Assembly: GCA_031271345.1 (NCBI GenBank)
Contig: JAISVX010000003.1
Coordinates: forward strand, 167,374-231,373
DNA length: 64,000 nucleotides
Direction of reading: 5' to 3'
From: Lactobacillaceae bacterium
GTDB lineage: Bacteria; Pseudomonadota; Alphaproteobacteria; RF32; CAG-239
The notes under the pieces were generated by a model. It saw nothing but the letters and a program-made list of their open reading frames with translations, did not search any database and was not told the origin of the DNA. The translations under genes were made by a program, and so were the position numbers. This document shows, one piece after another, positions 9,175 through 18,722 of this stretch. Every line of letters begins with the position of its first letter. The first letter of the stretch is position 1.

Positions 9175-10510
9175 TTCCTTTGCCTTTTATTTTAGAGATT
9201 GCCACAGTCGGAAGTTCCTTAGTGTTTTCCTGTTTTTTGCCAGAATACTTTATCCTGAAAAGAGGGGTCAGACTAAGCATCATATCATATACTTCTTTTT
9301 CGGGGAACAGACCGAAGACTTTATCGTTATTTGCTCCCGTATATTCTCTGTCGTTGCTGTGGATGAGCGTATGTATAAATTTTGACACGACAAGCAGGTT
9401 ATCGTCGGCATTTATATGATTGTAGTCCAAGTGTTTGCCGGCGTTGCTGACATGGACGATATGGTGGGTAGATAAATCGCCAAGCAGAAGACCTTTTGTT
9501 TTTGCAAGATGCAGCCTCAGACTTATTTCTTTTTCGCTTTTGCCTCTTAGTTTAAGATACTTCGTGTACTTTTCAGACGTTTCGTCTCCTTTGAACGCGT
9601 CCATAACTCTTTTGTTTACCGAGCCGATGAACATATATGTTCCAGCTTCGTTTTCTTTGCCAAAATATCTTCCAATCAGGTCTTTAAACTCAAAGACTCC
9701 CATATATTTGACTGTATCCGGGATAAATCTGTATTCCTGAAGCGCTTCGATGACCTTGTCTTCGATGTTTTTAAAGTTTTCAAATTTTGAAAACACATTT
9801 TTCCAAGCGTCGGATTCGTATAAATTATACTCTTCCGCTTGATAGAAAGGAGTGTCTTTCCGAAAGACCTTTTTTCCGCCGATAATTTTCTCTACTTCTT
9901 TTTTCTCTTTTTTTCCGTTTGAATTTATGATGGTTTTATGTTCTTTAACAACAATCCCATCAACAATTTCATATTTGCCCTCGTATTTGATTTCTGAAAT
10001 ATAATTTGCGTTAAGATGATATTCATCCAATGTTCTGTCTTTGCCTTCGCAATAAGGTCTTAGCTTGGAAAGATGAGGGGGATTGGGGAAAAGTCCGCTT
10101 GCGTCGAGTCTTGTAGCTTCTCTGACATCTCCTGGAGTGTCAAACATATCTTTTTCTTTGTAATATAAATCAAGAATATTAGCCGAAACCTCATCAAGAG
10201 TGCATTCGTTGTCAAAAATGTATCCCTGAATTGCTGTCTGCAATGACACTTCGCGGCAGAGCAATGAGATTTCGCCAATTGAGAAACCGCAGTTTTTGTA
10301 TTCTTCAACAAGTTTTATATCTTGTTTTGTCAGACATGCCTCGATTAACGGCATGTCGGGAAAATTTGCTATAATTGCTTTTTCGATTCTCTGGTGCTGT
10401 TTGATTTTTATTACGTCTTCGTTCTTCCTGTTGCCAGTCTTAAAGTCGTCAGCAGTTAAAGGGAAACCCTTTGTCATTTCAATATATTCGTAGTCTTCTT
10501 GATTAATCAC
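9161..10510 (-). CDS. HNH-like nuclease-domain protein, paralog A (449 aa); candidate toxin or effector
   Basis: C-terminal THHIVHVSNAGKHLDYNHINADDNLLVVSKFIHTLIH matches the HNH pattern but lacks the Zn-binding Cys pair. Central block WKNVFSKFENFKNIEDKV is homologous to paralog B. Overlaps the next gene by 14 nt. Confidence 0.5.
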   Translation of the reverse strand: MINQEDYEYIEMTKGFPLTADDFKTGNRKNEDVIKIKQHQRIEKAIIANFPDMPLIEACLTKQDIKLVEEYKNCGFSIGEISLLCREVSLQTAIQGYIFDNECTLDEVSANILDLYYKEKDMFDTPGDVREATRLDASGLFPNPPHLSKLRPYCEGKDRTLDEYHLNANYISEIKYEGKYEIVDGIVVKEHKTIINSNGKKEKKEVEKIIGGKKVFRKDTPFYQAEEYNLYESDAWKNVFSKFENFKNIEDKVIEALQEYRFIPDTVKYMGVFEFKDLIGRYFGKENEAGTYMFIGSVNKRVMDAFKGDETSEKYTKYLKLRGKSEKEISLRLHLAKTKGLLLGDLSTHHIVHVSNAGKHLDYNHINADDNLLVVSKFIHTLIHSNDREYTGANNDKVFGLFPEKEVYDMMLSLTPLFRIKYSGKKQENTKELPTVAISKIKGKGSGGI

Positions 10511-10751
10511 TTTTCACGTCCCAATGAAAATGTTTATATTTTGTCTAAATTATAGCAAATTTTTTTGTAAATGTACAAGCTAAAAATGACATTTTTTATA
10601 AAATGAGTATAATAAAGACGCATGGATTGATTAAAATTAATTTGTCCACTTTTGGTGGTGAAAGAACTGTTTATATAAATAAATAAGGTTTAAAAAAAAT
10701 AAATTAGCTACTATATTTTAATAATGCTAACTTTGTAATTATGGTGGTGAA

Positions 10752-12197
10752 ATGGTTGAATATGTTTTAAATGGAAAAAGCAAAAATGTTGATGCGAGGG
10801 TAGTTCTTGTTGATAAGAAAACTAAAAAAATATCAAAAGAGATTGCGGAGCGCTTTTCAAAAGAAGAACTGAAGTTATTTGAAAAAGTTATCAAAGATGA
10901 CATGGGCAAAAAAGATTTTATAAATGTTTATACAAATGCCAGCCCTGTTATATTGTTTTTGTTTGATTTTGCGGCAGAAAATAAAGAGCTGCAAAAATAT
11001 GGGGCAATGCTTTCAAAAGCTGTTTTTACCTTAAAGAATGTAATGGTATTTACAGATAAGATTAAAAATGGGGTGGAATATTTAATCCTTGGTCTTGAAC
11101 TTGGAAGGTACCGTTTCAATAAATATTTTACAAAGGATGTGGACAGCAAAACTTCCGCCCTAAAGAGCATAAACATTATTGACGTTGCAAAAAGCGTTAA
11201 AAAAGCGGATATATCGAAAGCCGTTATTTTATCTGGCGGAGTTAATTATGTTAAGGATTTGGTCAATGAGCCTGCCAATTATCTAAATCCTGAAACTTTT
11301 GCAAAAATTTTATCAGGCTTAGAGGAAATCGGCGTTAAAATAGAAGTCTTAGACGAGAAAAAGCTTAAGAGTCTGGGATTTAATCTGCTTTTGGCGGTTG
11401 CCAGCGGTTCTGCAAACAAGCCTAGAGTCGTGGTTTTGTCTTGGAATGGAAATGATAATAGTAAAGAATATGATATTACCCTTGTCGGCAAGGGCGTTAC
11501 GTTTGATTCCGGCGGCTTAAGTATTAAAACCGGCGGGTATATGGAAGGCATGCATACCGACATGGCTGGAGCAGGCGTTGTCTCTGGAGTTATTAAGGTG
11601 GCGGGCGAGTTAAAATTAAAGAAAAATATTCTTGGAATTGTCGGACTTGTCGAGAATATGCCTTCAGGCAGCGCATATCGTGTAAATGACATAATCAAAT
11701 CTATGTCTGGTCAAACGGTTGAAGTTTTAAACACCGACGCGGAAGGAAGGCTGGTTTTGGCTGATCTCTTAACTTATGTTCAGCAAAAATACAAAGCAAA
11801 GAGGATTGTTGATTTAGCCACATTAACAGGGGCGGTTTCAATGCTGTTTGGACCGGTTTATGCTGGTTTGTTCAGCAATAATGATAAGATGATAAAAGAT
11901 TTAACAACTGCAGGAAATAATACTGGAGACAGGCTGTGGAATCTGCCGATGGACAATTATTTTAATAAAGCGATGGATTCAACTTATGCGGATATGCAGA
12001 ACTCGGGCAAACACAGAGTAGGAGGCGGAAGCCAGGGCGCTTGTTTCTTAAAGAGATTTATCAAGGATAAGACAATCTGGTCTCACTTGGATATTGCCGG
12101 CGTTGCCAGAGAAAGCCTTGACGATGATTTGTATGCCAAAGGCGCGACAGGCTACGGTGTTAAACTTTTAATTGATTACATAGAGAATATGAAATAA
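10752..12197 (+). CDS. pepA: Leucyl aminopeptidase (M17 family)
   Basis: Signature NTDAEGRLVLAD and metal-binding residues (GKGVTFDSGG). 481 aa. Confidence 0.9.
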   Translation: MVEYVLNGKSKNVDARVVLVDKKTKKISKEIAERFSKEELKLFEKVIKDDMGKKDFINVYTNASPVILFLFDFAAENKELQKYGAMLSKAVFTLKNVMVFTDKIKNGVEYLILGLELGRYRFNKYFTKDVDSKTSALKSINIIDVAKSVKKADISKAVILSGGVNYVKDLVNEPANYLNPETFAKILSGLEEIGVKIEVLDEKKLKSLGFNLLLAVASGSANKPRVVVLSWNGNDNSKEYDITLVGKGVTFDSGGLSIKTGGYMEGMHTDMAGAGVVSGVIKVAGELKLKKNILGIVGLVENMPSGSAYRVNDIIKSMSGQTVEVLNTDAEGRLVLADLLTYVQQKYKAKRIVDLATLTGAVSMLFGPVYAGLFSNNDKMIKDLTTAGNNTGDRLWNLPMDNYFNKAMDSTYADMQNSGKHRVGGGSQGACFLKRFIKDKTIWSHLDIAGVARESLDDDLYAKGATGYGVKLLIDYIENMK

Positions 12198-12213
12198 AAG
12201 AGATAGATAAAAT

Positions 12214-12240
12214 AAAAGCCTCCATTCGGAGGCTTTTATT
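12214..12240. terminator. Bidirectional rho-independent terminator between convergent pepA and the Cys-repeat gene
   Basis: Hairpin AAAAGCCTCC-ATTC-GGAGGCTTTT followed by a T-run. Confidence 0.7.
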
Positions 12241-13350
12241 TTATCTAGGAGTGCAATCCTTATAACATGTAAGGTTTCCAAGGTTTGTCTGCGTACATCT
12301 ATATCCGACGGGAACATAAGTCGAATATCCCGCTTCCGCGCAGTTTGCTGGCTGCTTTGTTTCTTCTTGTTTTACCTTGCAGTCTTTATAACATGTTAAA
12401 GAACCTACATACACCTCGGTACACTTATTGTTTACAGGGACATAAGAAGAATATCCGGCTTCAATGCAGGTTTTTGGAGGTATATCTCTGCAGTTTGACG
12501 CATCATAACAGCTCAAACCTTTATAAGATATGGTATCGCATATTTTGTTTGATGGTTTTATCTCTGAATATCCGCCGTCAGAACATTTATATTCTCTGCA
12601 TTCATAACAATTGTTATAGTCTTCATTAACAACCTTTCTGCTGCATTTAAGGTCGGACTGGTCGGTGTCGTAATAGCCGATATCAGTGCAGGATAATGCT
12701 CTGCAGTCAGCGTAACATGTAGTGTTCAGGTACATAACTTCATCGCATTTTTCTCTGTCGGGCTGATAATGCATGTATCCGCCGCTGTTGCAAATTTCTT
12801 CGTAGCTGAAACATTCAAAGCATACCAAATTTTTGTCGGTAACTTCAAAACACTGCTGTCCAGAGACTTTTCTACTGCTAAATCCTAAGTCGGAGCAGGT
12901 TATTGTTTTGCAGTTTTTATAACAGGTATTGCCGTTAACTTTGGTTTCCGTACATGTCTTTCCCTCGGGAACAGCGCTTTTATATCCTGAGCTTTCGCAG
13001 GAGTCAGAACAGTCTTTGTAGCAGATTTTGTCGTTTAGTTTTGTTTGAATGCATTTTTGTCCGACAGGAACAGAGCTTAAAAGTCCGACATCTTCGCAGG
13101 CAGTTTCTGGAACATCCCTGCAGTTAACATAACATCTGGAACCTTCTTTGTATATGTTATCGCATTTCTGCCCGGCGGGAATGCTGGAATAAAACCCGAG
13201 CTGGTCGCATGTTTTTTTAGGAGTTGTCGGCGCGGGTCTGGCTTCGTCGCCGTATCCGTCGGTAATGAATCTGACGCGAGCGTCGGCATAACTTATGGCA
13301 AAAAGCATAAGTCCAAATATTATTAGTGTTTTTTTTCCTAGTTCAGTCAT
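12241..13350 (-). CDS. Secreted cysteine-rich tandem-repeat protein (9 x ~36 aa, 4 Cys per repeat)
   Basis: Signal peptide MTELGKKTLIIFGLMLFAISYADA. Nine repeats of C-x3-G[YF]-x5-6-P-x3-KC-x7-9-C[YF]-x-[DN]-C, e.g. CIEAGYSSYVPVNNKCTEVYVGSLTCYKDC. The DNA also carries the repeats (recurring TTATAACATGT). Confidence 0.6.
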   Translation of the reverse strand: MTELGKKTLIIFGLMLFAISYADARVRFITDGYGDEARPAPTTPKKTCDQLGFYSSIPAGQKCDNIYKEGSRCYVNCRDVPETACEDVGLLSSVPVGQKCIQTKLNDKICYKDCSDSCESSGYKSAVPEGKTCTETKVNGNTCYKNCKTITCSDLGFSSRKVSGQQCFEVTDKNLVCFECFSYEEICNSGGYMHYQPDREKCDEVMYLNTTCYADCRALSCTDIGYYDTDQSDLKCSRKVVNEDYNNCYECREYKCSDGGYSEIKPSNKICDTISYKGLSCYDASNCRDIPPKTCIEAGYSSYVPVNNKCTEVYVGSLTCYKDCKVKQEETKQPANCAEAGYSTYVPVGYRCTQTNLGNLTCYKDCTPR

Positions 13351-13799
13351 TATTCTTTATCAAAGTTGTTTAAGAATTCGTGTTTAATTTTATCCCCAAT
13401 TTTAATATTATGCTTTTGAACCTGTCCGCCGTTAAGCTCTAAAACAAGATCAAAAGGCACAGGAGACATTATAATGTCTTCAGACATTGGCTGCGCGTTT
13501 TCATAAATCCACACGACGCTGCCGTTTTCGTCAATGAAAAGCATATCTAAAGGAATGAGCGTGTCTTTCATCCACATGGCGGCTCCTTGGATACCGCTTA
13601 AATCAAAAATCATACCTTCGTTTTCAGGCATATTTTCTACAAGCATAAGACCGTTCATGAGTTCGTCTGGTTCTTGTGCGTTCTGCACCACAAACCTAAC
13701 CTCTCCGTTTTCGGTTACAACAGCAAGATTTGATTCGTCTTTACCTTTACAGCTTATAATTAGTAAGCAAACTAGAAATATTTTTAATATGTTTTTCAT
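13350..13799 (-). CDS. DUF192-family lipoprotein (COG1430-like)
   Basis: Lipobox LIISC. DUF192-like core GLMLVENMPENEGMIFD...MWMKDTLIPLDMLFIDENGSVVWIYENAQP. Its stop overlaps the ATG of the Cys-repeat gene (TAATG). Confidence 0.6.
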   Translation of the reverse strand: MKNILKIFLVCLLIISCKGKDESNLAVVTENGEVRFVVQNAQEPDELMNGLMLVENMPENEGMIFDLSGIQGAAMWMKDTLIPLDMLFIDENGSVVWIYENAQPMSEDIIMSPVPFDLVLELNGGQVQKHNIKIGDKIKHEFLNNFDKE

Positions 13800-14059
13800 T
13801 TTTTATCACCTTATATTAAAAGAAAACTCAGAATAATCCTTATTATTAGTACCAATATTTATTATGTAAATAGTACAGTATCTTTAATAATTTTCAATAT
13901 AAATTTGACGAATAATGAATAATTTTATTAGGCGTTGAATTTTTGTTTCTAATTATTCTTTTCTGCTTGTATAATGTTTTTTTATATTATATCTATATTA
14001 TAAGCTGGATAAAGCTTGGTGTCGTGTGTGACTATTCTTTTTATTGAAGGATTTTTTTC

Positions 14060-14935
14060 ATGTTAAAACTTAGAAACTTTCTTATCATATTTCTGTGCGC
14101 CGCAGCTCTTTCTTCATGTAATAAGAGCGATTTCCCCGAACTGAGAGCGGAAAACGAGGAAAATATATTTGCGGAAGCTGTCGTCATAACGCAGACGGAA
14201 GAGATAGATTTAGCATCAGCGGCAGATGATGGCAAAGTAATCATCGCTTCTGTTGCTAAAGAAGGAATTGATGAAAAAGAAATAATTGTTTCAGCTGTTA
14301 AAGATGTTCCGAAAGACGAGGGCGTCGTAATTATGGCGTCTGCCGCAAAAGAGGACAGCAGCGTTGTAAAGGCAAAGCCGATATTGAAAGAAAAAGTTAA
14401 AAAAGAAATGCCTCGCCCCGCAGCTTTAACGCCGGCGAACAAAAAGCCGATAGGCAAAATCCTTGCAAATAAGGAAATGGAAAAAATAAATACAGTCAAA
14501 ACAGATTCTAACGGCGTGGTATCAGAAACTTCCGTTATAACTTCTACGTCGTATGAAGAAGTATCTTCAGAGCCGAGCATTACATATCAGGTTGATACAT
14601 TTTATTTTGATAATGGAAGCGCTGTCATTAAAAATGAATACAAATCAAGAATTAAAACAATTGCAAAACAGGCGAAAGAGTTGAACGCCACAATTTATGT
14701 TTTGGGTTTTTCTTCAAGCAGAACAAAAGATACTGATTATGTTTCTCATAAAATGATAAATTTTCAATCGTCTCTCGCAAGAGCTGAGAATGTTTCGGAA
14801 GAGTTTATAAAAGCCGGTGTCAGAAAGGATAAGGTTGTTCTGGAAGCGCTTTCAGACTCAAGACCTTTGTATCTTGAGGTTATGCCGGAGGGCGAAAGAC
14901 TAAACCGTCGTGTAGAAGTTTATATAGGATATTAA
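14060..14935 (+). CDS. OmpA-family (C-terminal OmpA-like peptidoglycan-binding domain) lipoprotein
   Basis: Lipobox LSSC. C-terminal OmpA-like region YFDNGSAVIKNEY...NRRVEVYI. Confidence 0.75.
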   Translation: MLKLRNFLIIFLCAAALSSCNKSDFPELRAENEENIFAEAVVITQTEEIDLASAADDGKVIIASVAKEGIDEKEIIVSAVKDVPKDEGVVIMASAAKEDSSVVKAKPILKEKVKKEMPRPAALTPANKKPIGKILANKEMEKINTVKTDSNGVVSETSVITSTSYEEVSSEPSITYQVDTFYFDNGSAVIKNEYKSRIKTIAKQAKELNATIYVLGFSSSRTKDTDYVSHKMINFQSSLARAENVSEEFIKAGVRKDKVVLEALSDSRPLYLEVMPEGERLNRRVEVYIGY

Positions 14936-14940
14936 AATAG

Positions 14941-16701
14941 TTGGAATATAGTAACAAATCTTTGGGAGGCAGCCTGTGGAAACAAACCGCTGCCGATGAA
15001 AGAAAGGCAGAGGTAATATCGCAGAGATATTCTTTGCCTTTTGTTGTTTCGCGAATTCTTTCTTCCCGCGGTATTGAAGCCGATAATGTCGAACTATTTT
15101 TAAACCCGAAAATTCAAAACCTTATGCCGGATCCTTATATTTTGAAAGATATGGAAAAAGCGGCGAAAAAAATTGCCGAGGCTGTGGTAAGCAGGCAAAA
15201 CATTGCGATAATCGGCGATTATGATGTTGACGGCGCAACATCTTCGGCAATAATGAGATTGTTTTTAGAAGAATTGGGCATAAAAGTTATTGTTCATATT
15301 CCAGAAAGAGATGAAGGATACGGTCCGAGCAAATTTGCTTTCGATAAGTTTCGTTCTTTGGGGTTTAATGACCTTGTCATTACTGTCGACTGCGGGACAA
15401 CGGCTTTTGAAGTGTTTGATTATGCAAAGTCAAGAGGGTTTGAGGTAATTGTTCTCGACCATCATGAGGCTGAAATAAAACTGCCCGATGTATATGCTCT
15501 TGTTAATCCCAAAAGGCTTGACGAAGAAACCAGCGACTTATCTTTAAGGTATCTTTCCGCGGTTGGCGTCGTTTTTATGGCTATTGTCGCGATAAACAGA
15601 GAGTTAAGAGAACTCGGTTATTTTGAAAAACAAAAAGAGCCGAATTTAATGCAGTTTTTAGACTTGGTTGCCCTCGGCACTGTTTGCGATGTGGTTCCGC
15701 TGATAGGGTTGAACAGGGCTTTTGTTAAACAGGGGTTGAAGGTCTTATCGCAAAGAAGCAATATCGGGCTTAAAGCGCTGATTGATAAATCAGGGATTAC
15801 CGAAGTTCCCAAGTCGTTTCATCTTGGGTATTTACTGGGACCGAGGATTAATGCCGGCGGCCGCGTCGGAGATTCTTTTAAAGGCAGCGAGCTTTTGAGT
15901 TCAAAAGATGAAATAAAAGCGCAAAAACTTGCCGATGAATTAAATGAATATAATAATCAGCGCAAAGAGGTTGAGGCGTATGTTCTCCTAAATGCAATCG
16001 AAAAACTTGAGGGCGAGCCGCAGGAATATCCTATGGCGTTTGTTTTTGGCGAAAATTGGCATCAGGGCGTAATCGGAATTGTCGCCGGCAAGCTAAAAGA
16101 AAGATATAATCTGCCGAGTTTTGTAATGTCTGTCGAAGACGATGATGTAAAAGGTTCCGCGCGCTCAATACCTGGAGTTGATTTAGGAGCGTTAATAATA
16201 TCCGCCAAGGAAAAAGGCATAGTTGCAAAAGGCGGAGGTCACTATATGGCGGCTGGTTTTTCTTTGGAAAAAGATAAATTAGACGAGTTTAAAGCTTTTG
16301 TCGGAGAGTATATTAAGAGCAAAATCGGCAATGAAGATATAACCCCGGTTATTGAATATGACGGAATGGTGGATATATCAGGAGCAAGCATTGAGCTTGC
16401 GGAAACTATTGAAAAACTTGAGCCTTTTGGGGCAAATAATCAAGAGCCGAGAATGGTGATTAAGAATGTCAAAATAATAAAATCTGATATTGTCGGAAGC
16501 GGGCATGTAAGGTGTATATTGACATCAAGTAACGGCGGAAGCTTGAGCGCCATAGCCTTTAGGGTTGCGGATACGGATATTGGAAACGCGCTTCTGAAAA
16601 GTTCCGGCTCGATATTTGACGTTGTGGGAGTGCTGCGCAAAGATACCTGGCAGGGCAGGGTTTCCGCAAAATTTACAATTGAAGATATTATGAGGGTGTA
16701 A
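14941..16701 (+). CDS. recJ: Single-stranded-DNA-specific exonuclease RecJ
   Basis: DHH motifs (IIGDYDVDGATS; ITVDCG; LDHHE) and the DHHA1 GGGH motif. The ORF begins with TTG, so the exact start is uncertain. Confidence 0.9.
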   Translation: MEYSNKSLGGSLWKQTAADERKAEVISQRYSLPFVVSRILSSRGIEADNVELFLNPKIQNLMPDPYILKDMEKAAKKIAEAVVSRQNIAIIGDYDVDGATSSAIMRLFLEELGIKVIVHIPERDEGYGPSKFAFDKFRSLGFNDLVITVDCGTTAFEVFDYAKSRGFEVIVLDHHEAEIKLPDVYALVNPKRLDEETSDLSLRYLSAVGVVFMAIVAINRELRELGYFEKQKEPNLMQFLDLVALGTVCDVVPLIGLNRAFVKQGLKVLSQRSNIGLKALIDKSGITEVPKSFHLGYLLGPRINAGGRVGDSFKGSELLSSKDEIKAQKLADELNEYNNQRKEVEAYVLLNAIEKLEGEPQEYPMAFVFGENWHQGVIGIVAGKLKERYNLPSFVMSVEDDDVKGSARSIPGVDLGALIISAKEKGIVAKGGGHYMAAGFSLEKDKLDEFKAFVGEYIKSKIGNEDITPVIEYDGMVDISGASIELAETIEKLEPFGANNQEPRMVIKNVKIIKSDIVGSGHVRCILTSSNGGSLSAIAFRVADTDIGNALLKSSGSIFDVVGVLRKDTWQGRVSAKFTIEDIMRV

Positions 16702-17399
16702 TGAACAAAGTAAAAGAAAGAGCAGCAAGAATTAGGGAGCTTAGAAAAAAAATGAGAGAAAGAGAAAAAGCCGTTTTTATGAAGTTAGGCGCTAAAATCA
16801 GAGCTTATCTTTTTACGGGCATATTAGTTACTGCTCCAGTCGCAATAACTTTATATATGACATACAGGGTCGTTATGTATATCGATATAAGGGTCGGCAA
16901 ATTAATAAGCGGGATAATTCCCGAGCAGTATGAAGACCTTAACCCCGTTACAATACCGGGCATCGGTATAGTAGTTCTAGTGCTGGGTTTTATATTGATA
17001 GGCATGTTTGCCGCTGGTTTTATGGGAAGATTCTTCCTTAAGCTTGGTGAGTGGATAGTGTATAAAATGCCGCTTATCTCAACGGTATATTCTTTATTGA
17101 AACAAGTCTTTGAAACCTTTTTATCAAATAAAAACAACTCGTTCAAGCAAGTCGTGCTGTTTGAGTATCCGAGAAAAGGTATATGGATATATGGTTTTCT
17201 CAGCGGCGAAACTAAAGGAGAAGTGGTTAATAAGGTTGGAAAACCGATGTTAAATATTTTTGTTCCAACCACGCCAAACCCGACATCCGGCTTTTTGATT
17301 TTTGTTCCCAAAGAAGATGTGGTTTATGTCGATATTCCTGTGGAAGAAGCTCTGAAGTTCATTATCTCCTGCGGCGTTGTTGATGGTAAACAGGAGTAA
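16701..17399 (+). CDS. DUF502-family membrane protein
   Basis: Two TM segments and the conserved KMPLISTVYSLLKQV motif. Start overlaps the recJ stop (TAATG). Confidence 0.55.
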   Translation: MNKVKERAARIRELRKKMREREKAVFMKLGAKIRAYLFTGILVTAPVAITLYMTYRVVMYIDIRVGKLISGIIPEQYEDLNPVTIPGIGIVVLVLGFILIGMFAAGFMGRFFLKLGEWIVYKMPLISTVYSLLKQVFETFLSNKNNSFKQVVLFEYPRKGIWIYGFLSGETKGEVVNKVGKPMLNIFVPTTPNPTSGFLIFVPKEDVVYVDIPVEEALKFIISCGVVDGKQE

Positions 17400-17406
17400 G
17401 TTAAGT

Positions 17407-17434
17407 AAAAAACTCAGGATAATCCTGAGTTTTT
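17407..17434. terminator. Bidirectional rho-independent terminator
   Basis: AAAAAACTCAGGAT/AATCCTGAGTTTTT hairpin between convergent genes. Confidence 0.7.
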
Positions 17435-17561
17435 AAATTCGTTAAGTTATCCCTAATTCCATTTAGAGACATGTTTCATATATTATATTATGTTGTTTTA
17501 GTCAATATATATATAAAAAAACTCTGTTATTTCTAACAGAGTTTTTCTTGGTTTATTTAAT

Positions 17562-18722
17562 TTATGCCGCTTTATTTTTGCTTGCAAATTCGTTTAGGCA
17601 AGAAATGATATAATCCTGCTCTTCTTTAGTCAAATATGGGTGCATAGGAATACTGAGAACTTTCGACGCCATAGCTTCGCATATAGGAAGAGAACGGTTG
17701 TTATAATGTTTATAAGCGGACTGTGTATGAACAGGTCTTGGATAGAAGTTTGCGAAAGGAATGCCGCATTCTTTTAACCAGTTTTGCAGTTCATCTCTGT
17801 TATCGGCAAGAACAGTGTAAATTGCATAAGCAGATACAGTATTGTTTAAGATTTTTTGAGTCTTATACGCGCTGCTTAAGTTTTCGCTGTAATATTTGCC
17901 GATTTTTTCGCGGTCAGCCAATTCTTTGTTGAAAACTGTAAGTTTTTCTAAAAGAACGGCCGCTTGGAAACTATCCATGCGGGCTGTCATGCCCAAACGG
18001 ACGTTGTCATATTTATCTTCAGGGTTTGAACCATGAACGCGGCAGGATTTGATAATTGCCAATTCCCAGTCGGTATTGCAAAGAACCGCGCCGCCATCGC
18101 CATAACATGCCAAAGGCTTTGTAGGATAGAAGCTTGTAGCGGTAATGTCGGCTAATTCGGAATGTCCTATTCTTTTTCCTTTATATACAGCGCCATAGCT
18201 TTGAGCGGCGTCTGACATATATTTCATATTGTTGTCTTTAGCTGTTTTATAAATTTCGTCATAAGCTGCCGGAGCGCCGAATATATCAACAGAGATAATA
18301 GCTTTAGGAGTTAGTCTGCCTTCTTTTTTAACTTCTTCAATTGCTTTTTTAAGGTCTTTAGGGTCCATATTCCAAGTTTCAGGGTCAGAGTCAACAAATA
18401 CTGGAGTTGCTCCGACAAATGCTACGGCTTCCGCTGTTGCGACAAATGTAAATGACGGTACAAAAACCGCGTCGCCGGCTTTAATATCCCAAGCCATCAG
18501 ACCTAAGATTAACGCGTCGGTGCCGGAAGAGCAGGTTGCGCAATGCTTAATGTTGGAATACTCGGCTAACTTGCCGTCTAATTCAACAGTTTCAGGACCC
18601 TGAGCATAGCCTCCGTGGTTGAGAATTTTTTCAAAAGCTTTTAAGAACTTTTCTTGTCCGATAGCTTTTTGTTGCGACGGAATATCAAATAAACCGATTG
18701 GTTTCGCTGGTTTGTTAGTCAT
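17562..18722 (-). CDS. DegT/DnrJ/EryC1/StrS-family PLP-dependent sugar aminotransferase
   Basis: Fold-type I aminotransferase layout with family-typical blocks (GDAVFVPSFTFVATAEAV; ISVDIFGAPAAYDEI; SFYPTKPL with the PLP lysine). 386 aa. Confidence 0.85.
   Translation of the reverse strand: MTNKPAKPIGLFDIPSQQKAIGQEKFLKAFEKILNHGGYAQGPETVELDGKLAEYSNIKHCATCSSGTDALILGLMAWDIKAGDAVFVPSFTFVATAEAVAFVGATPVFVDSDPETWNMDPKDLKKAIEEVKKEGRLTPKAIISVDIFGAPAAYDEIYKTAKDNNMKYMSDAAQSYGAVYKGKRIGHSELADITATSFYPTKPLACYGDGGAVLCNTDWELAIIKSCRVHGSNPEDKYDNVRLGMTARMDSFQAAVLLEKLTVFNKELADREKIGKYYSENLSSAYKTQKILNNTVSAYAIYTVLADNRDELQNWLKECGIPFANFYPRPVHTQSAYKHYNNRSLPICEAMASKVLSIPMHPYLTKEEQDYIISCLNEFASKNKAA

Noticed and set aside
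14041-14580. 179-aa minus-strand ORF
   Set aside because: Lies entirely antisense within the OmpA-family gene, has low-complexity composition, no start context and no family resemblance, so it is spurious.
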